A DNA stretch of 64,000 bases, from NCBI GenBank assembly GCA_030066985.1, contig JASJAN010000018.1, positions 1,742 to 65,741 on the forward strand. The letters are read 5' to 3'. Each line of letters opens with the position of its first letter. Positions within the stretch are counted from its first letter, which is position 1. The notes under the pieces were generated by a model. That model searched no databases, was not told the DNA's origin, and worked only from the letters and a program-made list of their open reading frames with translations. Of this stretch, positions 1 to 9,825 are shown in pieces. The translations under genes were made by a program, and so were the position numbers. The stretch is from Desulfobacterales bacterium (GTDB lineage Bacteria > Desulfobacterota > Desulfobacteria > Desulfobacterales > JAHEIW01).

Positions 1-1253
1 GTAATGTACATATCTCTGGCACGGTCCACCAGAAAATAGTAACCGTCTTCATCCATGCGGGCCAGATCACCGGTATGAAGCATTCCGTCACGAATCGTCT
101 CTTCGGTGCGGACCGGATCCTGCCAGTATTCTTTCATCATAATAGAACCACGCACCACAATCTCGCCCACCTCTCCAGGTGGCACGGCGCGGCCATATCT
201 ATCGACAATATTGACTTCGGCATGAAATACCGGCCGACCCACCGTCCCCGGCTTGCGAAACGAGTCTTCTTCCGATGCCCACAGCAATATCGAGGTTTCT
301 GTTTGCCCCATCACCTGGCGGAAAGCCAGGCCAGCCTCGCGGCACTGTTCAAAGAGCTCAGGCGTTGTTTTCTCCCCTCCCCCGGCACATACCTTCAAAG
401 ACGACATATCACCTCTTGCTGGTGGTTCGACCTTGACTAATGCTCGATACACAGTGGGAATGCCTAGAAATTTGGTCACCTGATAGCGCTCGATATCCTG
501 ATAGGCCTTTACGGGGTCGAATTTGGCATGAATCACCAGGGTGGCGCCTTTGTATATCGTTGGCGCCGCCTGAATAAAGAGCCCTCCGGAATGAAAAAGG
601 GGCAATATGACAAGCATTATGTCATCAAAATGCAGTTTGAAAAAAATATCGGCATTCAAGCAGTTAAAAAATGTCTTGCGGTGACTGAGCACGGCGCCTT
701 TCGGTCTGCCGGTGGTACCCGAAGTGTACATGATCACCTGGGGCTCTTCCGGGTCTGCCGGGCCCAGCGTTTGGGTTAAAAAGGGTTTCTGGTTGTCGAA
801 ATCAACCGAGGTTGCAGTATAGTCCAAAATCTCCGCATCCACCGGCGTTTTCCCAACCGATGACAGCATCACCGAAGGTTTGGTATTTTTAATATTCAAC
901 TTTTTAACGGTAGCCGTAAATTCCTGACCGAAAACAAATAAACGCGGACGGGAATTCTTCAGAAGATAATCGAGTTCCGCGGCCGCCAATCGAAAATTGA
1001 GCGGTACAAATATTGCCCCCAGCCGGGCACACGCTAAAAAAAGTTCAATGAACTCGGGACAGTTGTTTAACATGGCAGCAACACGGTCGCCTTTCTCGAT
1101 TCCCAGAGACTGCAACCAACAGCTGGCCCGGTCCGCCCGTTCATTTAGCTCAAAATAGGTAATTCTTTCGTCTTTGAAAATAATGGCGTCTTTCTTTGGA
1201 TGCAGTTCCGCCCAGCGTTGTACCCACCAGGCAATGTTCATAGAACGGATCAT
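1..1253 (-). CDS. AMP-dependent acyl-CoA synthetase/ligase, C-terminus cut by window edge
   Basis: Absent from the ORF track because it is open at base 1. Manual reverse-strand translation from ATG 1253 gives MIRSMNIAWWVQRWAELHPKKDAIIFKDERITYFELNERADR... It carries the AMP-binding motif IMYTSGTTGRPKGAV (Met codon at 731, in frame with 1253), then QVMGQTE and TGDLARMDEDGYYFLVDRARDMYI at the edge. No stop was met. Confidence 0.85.
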   Translation of the reverse strand, partial: MIRSMNIAWWVQRWAELHPKKDAIIFKDERITYFELNERADRASCWLQSLGIEKGDRVAAMLNNCPEFIELFLACARLGAIFVPLNFRLAAAELDYLLKNSRPRLFVFGQEFTATVKKLNIKNTKPSVMLSSVGKTPVDAEILDYTATSVDFDNQKPFLTQTLGPADPEEPQVIMYTSGTTGRPKGAVLSHRKTFFNCLNADIFFKLHFDDIMLVILPLFHSGGLFIQAAPTIYKGATLVIHAKFDPVKAYQDIERYQVTKFLGIPTVYRALVKVEPPARGDMSSLKVCAGGGEKTTPELFEQCREAGLAFRQVMGQTETSILLWASEEDSFRKPGTVGRPVFHAEVNIVDRYGRAVPPGEVGEIVVRGSIMMKEYWQDPVRTEETIRDGMLHTGDLARMDEDGYYFLVDRARDMYI

Positions 1254-1487
1254 GGAGAGCCCTGTTACCTTTTTAATTGGATCTTTGATGTGTTAGATAA
1301 ACGGAGAGCATAATTCTGCTCGAATTTTTTTGTATACTGTATACCAAATGAAGGGTCAAGGTTTTCTTGGGACAATTTCCTTTTCAAATGATTTAAAACT
1401 TCAAAGATATTGACAATTTTTTATGTGGCATATTACATCAAGTCATCAATGACGGTATTAGTTACTAATGATTAAAAGGAGGATATC

Positions 1488-2639
1488 ATGGCGTTGCATT
1501 TTTCTGCCGAAGAATTTAAAGCCCGCGAAGAACAGGCAATTGAAAAATTGAAAAAGCGGGGGTTGGATGGACTTCTAATGTTTCGCCAGGAAAGCATGTA
1601 CTATCTGACCGGTTATGACAGTTTTGGATATGTTTTTTTCCAGTGTCTGTATCTGGGTACCAACGGGCATTTTACGCTTTTAACCCGTTCACCGGATCTG
1701 AGACAGGCGCGTCATACCTCTATCATAGAAGACATTCGCATTTGGGTAGACAGCGCAGATGCAAATCCAGCGGATCAGTTAAAGGAAATTCTGAACGAAT
1801 TTGGATGCAGAGGAAAACGTCTGGGGGTTGAGTACGACGCCTATGGATTGACCGCTAAAAATGGAAAATTACTGGAAAATGCCTTACAGGATTTTTGCAC
1901 ACTCGAAGATGCTTCAGATCTTGTGAATCAATTGCGAGTTGTAAAAAGTGACGCGGAGATGGTCTACGTCCGAAAAGCCGCTGAGCTGGCAGATCACGCT
2001 TATGATGAAGCCTACCGCCTTGCAAGTGCAGGAGCCGATGAAGGTCATATTTTGGCAGCGATGCAGGGAATCATCTTTTCCGGAGGGGGTGATTATCCGG
2101 GTAATGAATTCATTATCGGCTCGGGAAAAGATGCATTGCTATGTCGTTATAAATCTGGTCGTCGCAAACTCGATGCCCAAGATCAATTGACGCTTGAATG
2201 GGCCGCTGCTTATCGGCATTACCATGCTGCCATGATGCGTACGATTCCCATTGGCAATGCCACTTCTCGGCATCAGGATATGCATAAGGTTTGTATGGAA
2301 GCCATGCAGGCGTGTAAGCATGCCCTTCGACCCGGACGCCCTATCGGAGAGGTGTTTGATGCGTATGCAACCACCTGTGATGCTGCCGATATGCGAGAAC
2401 ACCGTTTAAACGCAACCGGCTACAGCCTGGGAACGACGTTTGCGCCCAACTGGATGGACTGGCCGATGTTTTACCATGCCAATCCGGTGATAGCCGAACC
2501 GAATATGGTTTTCTTCCTGCATATGATCCTGATGGACAGCATCAGCAACCATGCCATCTGCTTCGGCCATACAGTGGTCGTGACCGCTACCGGTTGTGAA
2601 TCATTGTCCGACCGATCCATGGACTTGATCGTCAAATAG
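1488..2639 (+). CDS. M24 family metallopeptidase (Xaa-Pro dipeptidase / creatinase-like)
   Basis: 383 aa. Creatinase/prolidase-type N-domain (LLMFRQESMYYLTGYDSFGY) plus a pita-bread C-domain. Strong SD AAAGGAGG 6 nt before the ATG. Confidence 0.7.
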   Translation: MALHFSAEEFKAREEQAIEKLKKRGLDGLLMFRQESMYYLTGYDSFGYVFFQCLYLGTNGHFTLLTRSPDLRQARHTSIIEDIRIWVDSADANPADQLKEILNEFGCRGKRLGVEYDAYGLTAKNGKLLENALQDFCTLEDASDLVNQLRVVKSDAEMVYVRKAAELADHAYDEAYRLASAGADEGHILAAMQGIIFSGGGDYPGNEFIIGSGKDALLCRYKSGRRKLDAQDQLTLEWAAAYRHYHAAMMRTIPIGNATSRHQDMHKVCMEAMQACKHALRPGRPIGEVFDAYATTCDAADMREHRLNATGYSLGTTFAPNWMDWPMFYHANPVIAEPNMVFFLHMILMDSISNHAICFGHTVVVTATGCESLSDRSMDLIVK

Positions 2640-2650
2640 GAGGGTTCCCT

Positions 2651-2720
2651 CCTTCGCCTCTAAGGCTAAGGAGGACAAGCAGGTATCCCGCCTTCGCTAA
2701 AGCTTTGGCGCGGCAAGCAG
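2651..2720. repeat. Two tandem degenerate ~31-nt units (CCTTCGC-N17-RCAAGCAG), REP-like, just after the stop of the M24 gene
   Basis: Unit 1 is 2651-2683 ccttcgcctctaaggctaaggaggacaagcagg. Unit 2 is 2691-2720 ccttcgctaaagctttggcgcggcaagcag. A GGAGG/CCTCC hairpin at 2640-2653 precedes them. Confidence 0.5.
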
Positions 2721-2783
2721 TGTTCTGGTATCAGGAACCAGCAATTCCTATATTTTCATCAGTCGCTAATTTATAAGGTTGAT

Positions 2784-3221
2784 TCAATCCTTAGAGAGTT
2801 GCGTTTCAAGGCGCTGCCGCAACCAATCTGGGATGTCTTTTTTCTTGAATGTGTCTATATCCTGACAAACCGTCACATTATGCCCGATTGTCCGCGGTTC
2901 TTTATCGCCCTGCTTGAATACCCGATATCCAAAGGTAATTGACGTCCGACCGATTTTTATTATCCTGACTTCGACCTCTATTTGATCTCCGTATCGCAGG
3001 GGCCGACTGAAATCGGTTTCCAGATGGACGGTGGGAAGCCCGATACGATGTTCGTTGACCAGGATAGGATAATCAATACCCAGTTCCTGACCAAAAAATT
3101 CTTCCAAGGCAACATGAAAATAATGCAGAAACCGCGGATAATAGACAATACCCGCATGATCTATATCGCCAAAACGAATTTTTAACTTAGATCGAAAAGC
3201 CATTTTTTTTGTTTGCATCAA
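2784..3221 (-). CDS. Hotdog-fold acyl-CoA thioesterase (4-hydroxybenzoyl-CoA thioesterase/YbgC family)
   Basis: RFGDIDHAGIVYYPRFLHYFHVALEEFF is the typical 4HBT catalytic-Asp region. The start is uncertain: TTG 3221, ATG 3218 or ATG 3203, none with a clear SD. Confidence 0.7.
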   Translation of the reverse strand: MMQTKKMAFRSKLKIRFGDIDHAGIVYYPRFLHYFHVALEEFFGQELGIDYPILVNEHRIGLPTVHLETDFSRPLRYGDQIEVEVRIIKIGRTSITFGYRVFKQGDKEPRTIGHNVTVCQDIDTFKKKDIPDWLRQRLETQLSKD

Positions 3222-3255
3222 AATTATTGAATGATCCCAATATTGAACATCAATG

Positions 3256-3783
3256 TTACGATATGGGTCTAGCGAAAATGAAATCTTGTTGGATATCGGA
3301 TCCTATTGTAAAATTTTTTGTACCCAAAATTTCAAATTGCATTTTAGCGTAAAATGCATTTCCCCTGTTATTTTCCTGCCAGCTGCTCAGCCAGATGGAT
3401 TTAAATGCTTTGCTGCGCGCATAGCTTGTGCAAGCCTTCAAAAGGGCGGCACCAATGCCATAGCCCAAATATTGCTGCATTGAATAAAGTCTGGCAAGCT
3501 CGATGGCCGGCAGTGGTTGGACGCAATCCGGAGTCGTGCCTTGATAAAGTTTGGCATACCCTACCCATTTTCTCTTTATCATAGCAATGAAAAATGTGGT
3601 GGCACTGTCAAGTAGTTCGGTCGTGATCTGATTTTCGCTAAAAGAACGTGCCACGTAATTTTCCAAATCTTCCTTTTTAAGGAAGGGAGCAAAAGCATCC
3701 CTGAAAGTTTTTTCTGCCAGTTTTGCCAGAGAGGCGGCATCGGACGGTACTGCAAGCTGAATGATGGGTGTTTCAACGTTCAT
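3256..3783 (-). CDS. GNAT family N-acetyltransferase
   Basis: 175 aa. Acetyl-CoA-binding motif A QQYLGYGIGAALL, followed by NNRGNAFYAKMQF. Confidence 0.75.
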   Translation of the reverse strand: MNVETPIIQLAVPSDAASLAKLAEKTFRDAFAPFLKKEDLENYVARSFSENQITTELLDSATTFFIAMIKRKWVGYAKLYQGTTPDCVQPLPAIELARLYSMQQYLGYGIGAALLKACTSYARSKAFKSIWLSSWQENNRGNAFYAKMQFEILGTKNFTIGSDIQQDFIFARPIS

Positions 3784-4138
3784 TTTACTCTGTGTTTACA
3801 ATAGAAAGTCCCAAGGCACTTAACACATCAATCGTAAAATTGTCCAATATTGTTGTCTTGATCAAATCCCAATTTTGGCTCTAATGGACAATACCACATT
3901 AATGGACGACAATAAATAATCGGCATGAGACTCAATTGTCCGATGCCTGTATTTTAATTTTCTTGCGGCAGACTTAAAATTCAGTATGGAAATTTTAGAG
4001 TTTCTAAACGAAATGTGCAATAATTATAAGGGGGCTCTAAAGATTCGATAAAGATACGCAACCCACAATTCTTGCCCTTGCAAAAAATTTTAGATTTGCC
4101 TATGCATTATGCAATAGTGGCGCAAATAGGAGACAGAC

Positions 4139-5143
4139 ATGAAAATATGGAAATTAATCTTGTGCGGTTGCGGAGTGATGGGGCGTAAAACAGCCGAGGC
4201 ATTGCTGAGAAAACATTCCTACCAGATTGTCGGTGCTGTGGATATCCATTCAGATCTTGTCGGAAAGGATTTAGGGGATCTCTTTGAAAACCGGCACCAG
4301 ACCGGCGTTATTATTCATGAGAAAATAAAGGAACTTTTTGATTCCGTCAAAGCCGATGCTGTAATACTCACAACAACCTCCCACCTGGAAAATATCAAGC
4401 CGCAAATTGAGGAGTGCCTGGAGGCAGAGCTCAACGTTGTCTCAACTTGTGAAGAGCTGGCCTATCCCTGGATAAGGCATCCGGAGATCGCCAGCAGCAT
4501 CGACCGAAAAGCCAAAGAGAAGGGTGTTACCGTAGTGGGCACAGGCATTAATCCGGGATTTTTGATGGACACCCTGCCGGCAATCCTCACAGGTCCTTGT
4601 TTGAGCGTTGATTCGATCAAAGTTACGCGAATGATGGATTCTTTCAGACGCCGGGTTCCGTTCCAAAGAAAAGTCGGTACCGCCCTGAGCAGGGCGGAGT
4701 TTCGCCGACAAATCGAGAATGGTGTCATCACCGGTCACGTGGGCCTGTTGGAATCAATTAATATGATTGCCGCTGCCGTAAACTGGAAATTGGACGAGTT
4801 GGTTGAATTACCACCCAAGCCGGTCTTGGCCGAGACAGAAACAGACACCGCCCTTGGAGTTGTGACGGCTGGCAATGTGATTGGTCTTTCCAGTGTTGTC
4901 TATGCCAAGAAAGCTGGCCGTGAGGTCATCCGGCTTGAATTTGTCGCCAACGCTTCGGTGAAAGATGAGTACGATGAAATTATTATCGAAGGCCGTCCCC
5001 GGATTCATCAAAGGATCCTGGGTGGTGTTCATGGCGACTTGGGCACAGTAGCCATAACCATTAATACCATATCCCGAGCGGTGGAAGGCCCACCCGGGTT
5101 GAAAACTATGTTGGAATTGCCTCCAGCTGTCTATGTTCCCTGA
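4139..5143 (+). CDS. NAD(P)-dependent amine dehydrogenase / 2,4-diaminopentanoate dehydrogenase-like (DapB-related)
   Basis: N-terminal Rossmann motif GCGVMG and a GTGINPGFLMD motif. 334 aa. SD AGGAGA upstream. Confidence 0.5.
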   Translation: MKIWKLILCGCGVMGRKTAEALLRKHSYQIVGAVDIHSDLVGKDLGDLFENRHQTGVIIHEKIKELFDSVKADAVILTTTSHLENIKPQIEECLEAELNVVSTCEELAYPWIRHPEIASSIDRKAKEKGVTVVGTGINPGFLMDTLPAILTGPCLSVDSIKVTRMMDSFRRRVPFQRKVGTALSRAEFRRQIENGVITGHVGLLESINMIAAAVNWKLDELVELPPKPVLAETETDTALGVVTAGNVIGLSSVVYAKKAGREVIRLEFVANASVKDEYDEIIIEGRPRIHQRILGGVHGDLGTVAITINTISRAVEGPPGLKTMLELPPAVYVP

Positions 5144-5232
5144 GTTGTTGTGAGATTTCAGATCCTACCTTATCGTTACCGGTTTCTTTTTTAGGGTCGA
5201 TTGCATAGCGATATCTGTCACTATAAATTTAA

Positions 5233-6126
5233 TCATCCTAAAGCCAGAGCAACCATACCGCCTACCATAACAGTTGCACCAATAATGCGCTGTCTAATTT
5301 GTCCTTCACCTAACATCCGCGCACCCATCAAAGTACCGATAAGGATGCTGATCTCCCTTGCAGGTGCTACATAGCTGACTGGAGTAAAAACAAGCGCTGA
5401 AAGTATAAGAATATACGAAAGCGGAATTAACAGAGCAATTCCAATAACTTCCCGCCGATGGTGAGTCCACTCAAATCGAACTTTTTCCCAATTTGAAAGG
5501 GCATAGGGCGTCATAAGTAGCATCCGGCCGAAATTAGCTATGTAGTCGAGCAAGATGGGCGGGACAAGCCGGTTACTTACCGTGTATTTGTCAACCATTG
5601 TATAAGCTGCAATTGCAAGCCCGGTCAGAAGGGCATATCCAACTGCTCGACCTGAACCGGACATCAGCAGCAATTTTGGACTTCCCATGAGATATAACAT
5701 CCCGCACACGATAGCTGCCGCCCCGCATAAAGCCAATAAAGACGGTCTTTCCTGAAAAATTGTTATCGCTAGGAAGACGGTGATAACCGGCGCGGAACAC
5801 CGGGCCAAGGGATAGACCAGAGATAGATCGCCACTCCTGTATCCGCGCGTTAAAAGAAGAAAATATGCAGTGTGGAGCAGTGAAGATAAAGCAAGACACA
5901 GGATTTCAATACCGCCGATATGGGGCCGATATAAAACGGCAACAACGGCTGCAACCGGAAGATATATTACACTAGAAATCGCCCCAAAAAGCCAAATAAA
6001 CGGGACGCTACCGCCGGAATGTTTGGCGAAAAAATTCCAACTGGCATGAACAATTGCAGCAACCAAAATCAGCAGGAGTGCGATGCTGTTCATATGATGA
6101 TGCACCCTAAAGCCATCAGGACTCAT
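5233..6126 (-). CDS. DMT superfamily (EamA-like) transporter
   Basis: About 10 hydrophobic segments and a duplicated EamA-like architecture. The start is either ATG 6126 or Met12 (6093). Confidence 0.65.
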   Translation of the reverse strand: MSPDGFRVHHHMNSIALLLILVAAIVHASWNFFAKHSGGSVPFIWLFGAISSVIYLPVAAVVAVLYRPHIGGIEILCLALSSLLHTAYFLLLTRGYRSGDLSLVYPLARCSAPVITVFLAITIFQERPSLLALCGAAAIVCGMLYLMGSPKLLLMSGSGRAVGYALLTGLAIAAYTMVDKYTVSNRLVPPILLDYIANFGRMLLMTPYALSNWEKVRFEWTHHRREVIGIALLIPLSYILILSALVFTPVSYVAPAREISILIGTLMGARMLGEGQIRQRIIGATVMVGGMVALALG

Positions 6127-6318
6127 AAAGCGGCGAAATCCTGAGCCCTAACCAGGATCAATTTTTAAGTTTATCAGTAAATCTGCAGGAATTAACTACT
6201 GTGATTCCATTTGCGGTTCCTTAGTTTAACTTGTCGGATAAAGTAAGTCCAAATGAGATAGCACCCCAATAACGATAGTGAGGCGCTTGCGGTATGACTG
6301 TCGCTGAGTATCTTAATT

Positions 6319-7527
6319 TTATGTCGTTAATTTTTCAACTGCTTGTTTGATTCTGTTCAATCCAGTTCTTATGCTTTCCATATCAGCAGCATAAGAAAGG
6401 CGAATGTATTCGTCGCAGCCGAATGCAGCCCCCGGCACCAACGCCACATGGCCCTCTTCCAAAAGATAAGAACACAGTTCCACCGAGCCTGCTATTCTGC
6501 GGCCCCTGTAAGATTTGGCAAAAAGCTCCGCCACATGGGGAAACGCATAAAAGGCCCCTTCCGGCATTCTGCAAGTAACACCGTCAATTTCGTTGAAGCT
6601 TTTTACGACATAATCACGCCGCTGCTGATAGGCGGCTCGCATCTTTTCAACCGATCTCTGATCACCCATCAAAGCCTCTTTCGCGGCATACTGAGCGATC
6701 GAATTAGGGTTCGATGTCATCTGCCCCTGAATTTTTGTCATGGCCTTGATTATTTCGCGTGGACCGGCGGCATATCCAATGCGCCACCCTGTCATGGCGT
6801 AAGCCTTGGATACCCCATTGACGGTGATAGTCCGCTCCTTGATCTCATCACCCAGACTCGCAATGCTGATAAACTCGTTATCGCCATAAACCAACTGCTC
6901 ATACATTTCATCAGCGATCAGGATCAGGTCATTTTTCAGCGCAAACTGTGCTACCACCTCCAATTCGTCGCGGGTGTAAACTTTGCCGGACGGGTTGCTG
7001 GGATTGCTGAATATGACAGCTCTGGTTCGTTTTGTAAGAACCCCGCTTAGGTCATCTGCCGTCGGGGCCAGTGCGGGTGACCGGGTCGTATCCACGAAAA
7101 CAGGTGATGCGCCGGCCAGGCTTACCTGGGCAGGATAGGTCACCCAGTGGGGGCTTAAAACAACAACCTCGTCGCCCGTGTCAAAGATCGCCTGAGATAT
7201 ATTGTAAAGCGTATGTTTGCCACCACACGACACAAGTATCTGTTCCGGTGAATAGTGAAGTGTGTTATCTTGCTCGAGCTTGCGGCAGATTGCTGCTTTT
7301 AGCGTGTCTATGCCTGCCACCGCAGTGTATTTTGTATATCCGGCATTAATGGCGTCTACCGCTTTGGCCTTTATGTTATGCGGGGTGTCAAAATCCGGTT
7401 CACCCATGGCGAAACTGATGATCTCGACCCCCTCCTGCTTTAATTGCTGGGCTTTTTCACCGATAGCAATGGTTTGGGATTCACCCATATTTTTGATTTT
7501 TTGCACAATAAATTTTTCGTAATCCAT
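6319..7527 (-). CDS. Class I PLP aminotransferase (aspartate/aromatic aminotransferase-like)
   Basis: SNPSNPSG and the PLP-lysine motif SKAYAMTGWRIGY. SD GGAGGT upstream. Confidence 0.85.
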   Translation of the reverse strand: MDYEKFIVQKIKNMGESQTIAIGEKAQQLKQEGVEIISFAMGEPDFDTPHNIKAKAVDAINAGYTKYTAVAGIDTLKAAICRKLEQDNTLHYSPEQILVSCGGKHTLYNISQAIFDTGDEVVVLSPHWVTYPAQVSLAGASPVFVDTTRSPALAPTADDLSGVLTKRTRAVIFSNPSNPSGKVYTRDELEVVAQFALKNDLILIADEMYEQLVYGDNEFISIASLGDEIKERTITVNGVSKAYAMTGWRIGYAAGPREIIKAMTKIQGQMTSNPNSIAQYAAKEALMGDQRSVEKMRAAYQQRRDYVVKSFNEIDGVTCRMPEGAFYAFPHVAELFAKSYRGRRIAGSVELCSYLLEEGHVALVPGAAFGCDEYIRLSYAADMESIRTGLNRIKQAVEKLTT

Positions 7528-7605
7528 GATAACCTCCAGATATGGCCCTGAATGCAGAAAAGCTTATTAGGTATCGCTTCTTCTGCGCATATCCTCTAAA
7601 TCGGT

Positions 7606-8478
7606 TTAACGCAGATATTTTTTTTCATTGTCTTTCATTTCCGGAACGCCTTGCAATTCGAACAGGTGATTTACCGGAACGAGTTTCTCATCAATATTTT
7701 CTATACTTCTATTTTGCCTGATCCGATTAAAAAGATCCTCCATCGCCTTTACGGCAACCCGCACGCCCTGATTGGCATAAATAACCATCTTGACTTTGCC
7801 GAGCTTTTCGATGTCCTTCTCCGTAAGACTGGGGTAATTCGTCGGGATAATAACCAGAGGAGTATCAAGATCCCAATTCTTGACAAATTCAAGGATCTCC
7901 TCCGGATCTGAAGATTTGGAATGGACTAAAATCGCATCGGCTCCAGCCCCTGCATACCGGTAAGCCCTCATTCGGGCTTCTTCCTGCCCCCAACCTGCAA
8001 TCAGGGCTTCGACGCGGGCGATTACCATAAAGTCGGATGTTGTTTGGGCGGATTTGGCAGCCTCTATTTTACCCTCAAATTCTTCTATCCGCAGCAGTTC
8101 TTGTCTGCCGCCTGCAAGAAGGCTGGTATCCTTGGGAAACTTCTTATCTTCAATTGAAACCGCAGCAATTCCGGCTTCCTCGTATCGTTTAACCATATAC
8201 ATCACGTTTGTGGCATTGCCATACCCCGTATCACAGTCCGCTACAATAGGAATATTAATGACTTCATTCATCGAACGCGCAGTCTCTAAAAACTGATTCA
8301 TCGAAATTAAGCTTGCATCCGGAATTCCATATGAGGTGGAAATTTCAAACCCACTGGCCCATACGCCATCAAAACCGGCTCTTTCTATCAGCTTAGCGCC
8401 TAAGCCATTGTGTGCCCCCGTAATCACAGTTAAAGGTTTTTTATCAAATAATTTGCGAAGCTGTTGTGCTTTCGTCAT
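7606..8478 (-). CDS. PEP mutase / isocitrate lyase superfamily enzyme, phosphonopyruvate-hydrolase-like
   Basis: 290 aa. ADCDTGYGN metal-binding Asp cluster. IEDKKFPKDTS (aa 109-119) is an EDK-x5-TS variant of the PepM EDK-x5-NS signature. It lacks the KxCGH loop of (methyl)isocitrate lyases. SD GAGGAGG upstream. Confidence 0.7.
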   Translation of the reverse strand: MTKAQQLRKLFDKKPLTVITGAHNGLGAKLIERAGFDGVWASGFEISTSYGIPDASLISMNQFLETARSMNEVINIPIVADCDTGYGNATNVMYMVKRYEEAGIAAVSIEDKKFPKDTSLLAGGRQELLRIEEFEGKIEAAKSAQTTSDFMVIARVEALIAGWGQEEARMRAYRYAGAGADAILVHSKSSDPEEILEFVKNWDLDTPLVIIPTNYPSLTEKDIEKLGKVKMVIYANQGVRVAVKAMEDLFNRIRQNRSIENIDEKLVPVNHLFELQGVPEMKDNEKKYLR

Positions 8479-8527
8479 TCCCAGTCCTCCTCGTGTATGT
8501 CGTCCATATGTCGAATTTGACTTGGCT

Positions 8528-9757
8528 TTAGCCGTGTATCGCTCTTTCCACCCTGTTTAAAACTTCTTCCAGAACACTACGGGGACATGCGAAATTGAGT
8601 CTCTGGAACCCGTCGCCGCCTTCGCCGAATACATAACCATCATCGAATACCACCCCGGCTTTTTCAATAATGAAATTGTGAAGCTCATCCTTATACATCC
8701 CGAGTTTTCTAAAATCCAGCCATGCCAAATGTGTCCCTTCGGGCCTGATCAGTTCAACCTGCGGCAGTTTCTCCTCTAAGTAATTGTCCAAAAAATTCAG
8801 GTTCTCTTCCAGATATTCCAGGCACTGCTCAAGCCATTCTTCTCCATAGTTATAAGCCGCCTCAACTGCAACAAGGCCAAAGGGATTCAATTGCTCATAA
8901 CCATTTTTTGATAATTCAAGTTCAAAAGCTTGGCGCAGTTTTTCGTTGGAAACAATAAGGTTTGCAGCCTGAACTCCTCCCAGATTAAACGCCTTATTGA
9001 CAGAAGTGCTGGCGATCGAGTTTAATGCGAATTCAGTCGATATACTCGCAAAGGGTGTATATTGATGCCCTTTATATACTGTATCCAGATGCACCTCATC
9101 CGATATAACAATAACATTGTGCCTCAAGCATATTTCGCCGACCTTTGTTAGTTCTTCCCTGCTCCATACTCTTCCCACGGGATTATGCGGATTGCACAAA
9201 AACATTAATTTGGCAAGAGGATCGCGAGCTTTTTCCTCAAGATCCTCCAAATCCAGGGTGTATCTTCTATTTTCTAATTTCAACGGACTCATCAGCGGTT
9301 GTCGCCCGTTTTTCAGTGTAGCCCCCATAAAAGGGAAATAAGCGGGAGTTGGAATTAACACTTTTTCCGAAACAGACGTAAAAGTATTGATAAGGATATG
9401 GATTGCTGAAGTAGTTCCCGGTGTGGGAACGATCCATTCAGGTTGAATATCCCAGTGGTGTCTTTTTTTCATCCAGTGACACACTGCTTTAAAATAGGCC
9501 GGGCTCTTTCCTGTGTAACCGAAAATTCCATGTGAGGCTCTTTTTACAAGAGCATCGATTATCGGTTGGGCCGTTTTGAAATCCATGTCTGCAACCCACA
9601 TTGGAATCGGACCGCCGGGTTCAAAATATCGTTCGGTATACACAAAATATTTGGTTGCCAAATCTTCGGGGAAAAAATTCCATTTATATGAGTTTGTGCC
9701 CTTGCGACTGACGACGGTGTCAAAATCGTATTTTATCCCTGATGATGATTTGTCCAT
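8528..9757 (-). CDS. MalY/PatB-type PLP enzyme (C-S beta-lyase / aminotransferase class I-II)
   Basis: DFDTVVSRKGTNSYKW start typical of PatB/MalY, then CNPHNPVGRVW. The ORF opens at 9805, but SD GGGGGAGGT sits 6 nt before ATG 9757. Confidence 0.75.
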   Translation of the reverse strand: MDKSSSGIKYDFDTVVSRKGTNSYKWNFFPEDLATKYFVYTERYFEPGGPIPMWVADMDFKTAQPIIDALVKRASHGIFGYTGKSPAYFKAVCHWMKKRHHWDIQPEWIVPTPGTTSAIHILINTFTSVSEKVLIPTPAYFPFMGATLKNGRQPLMSPLKLENRRYTLDLEDLEEKARDPLAKLMFLCNPHNPVGRVWSREELTKVGEICLRHNVIVISDEVHLDTVYKGHQYTPFASISTEFALNSIASTSVNKAFNLGGVQAANLIVSNEKLRQAFELELSKNGYEQLNPFGLVAVEAAYNYGEEWLEQCLEYLEENLNFLDNYLEEKLPQVELIRPEGTHLAWLDFRKLGMYKDELHNFIIEKAGVVFDDGYVFGEGGDGFQRLNFACPRSVLEEVLNRVERAIHG

Positions 9758-9825
9758 AGCTATAACCTCCCCCAATAGAATCAGATCCGAAGCCAGATGT
9801 GTCAATCAAAATCAAATTGGCTGAA

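Noticed and set aside
6343-7050. 235-aa plus-strand ORF
   Set aside because: It is antisense to the AspC-type aminotransferase gene and is a shadow ORF.
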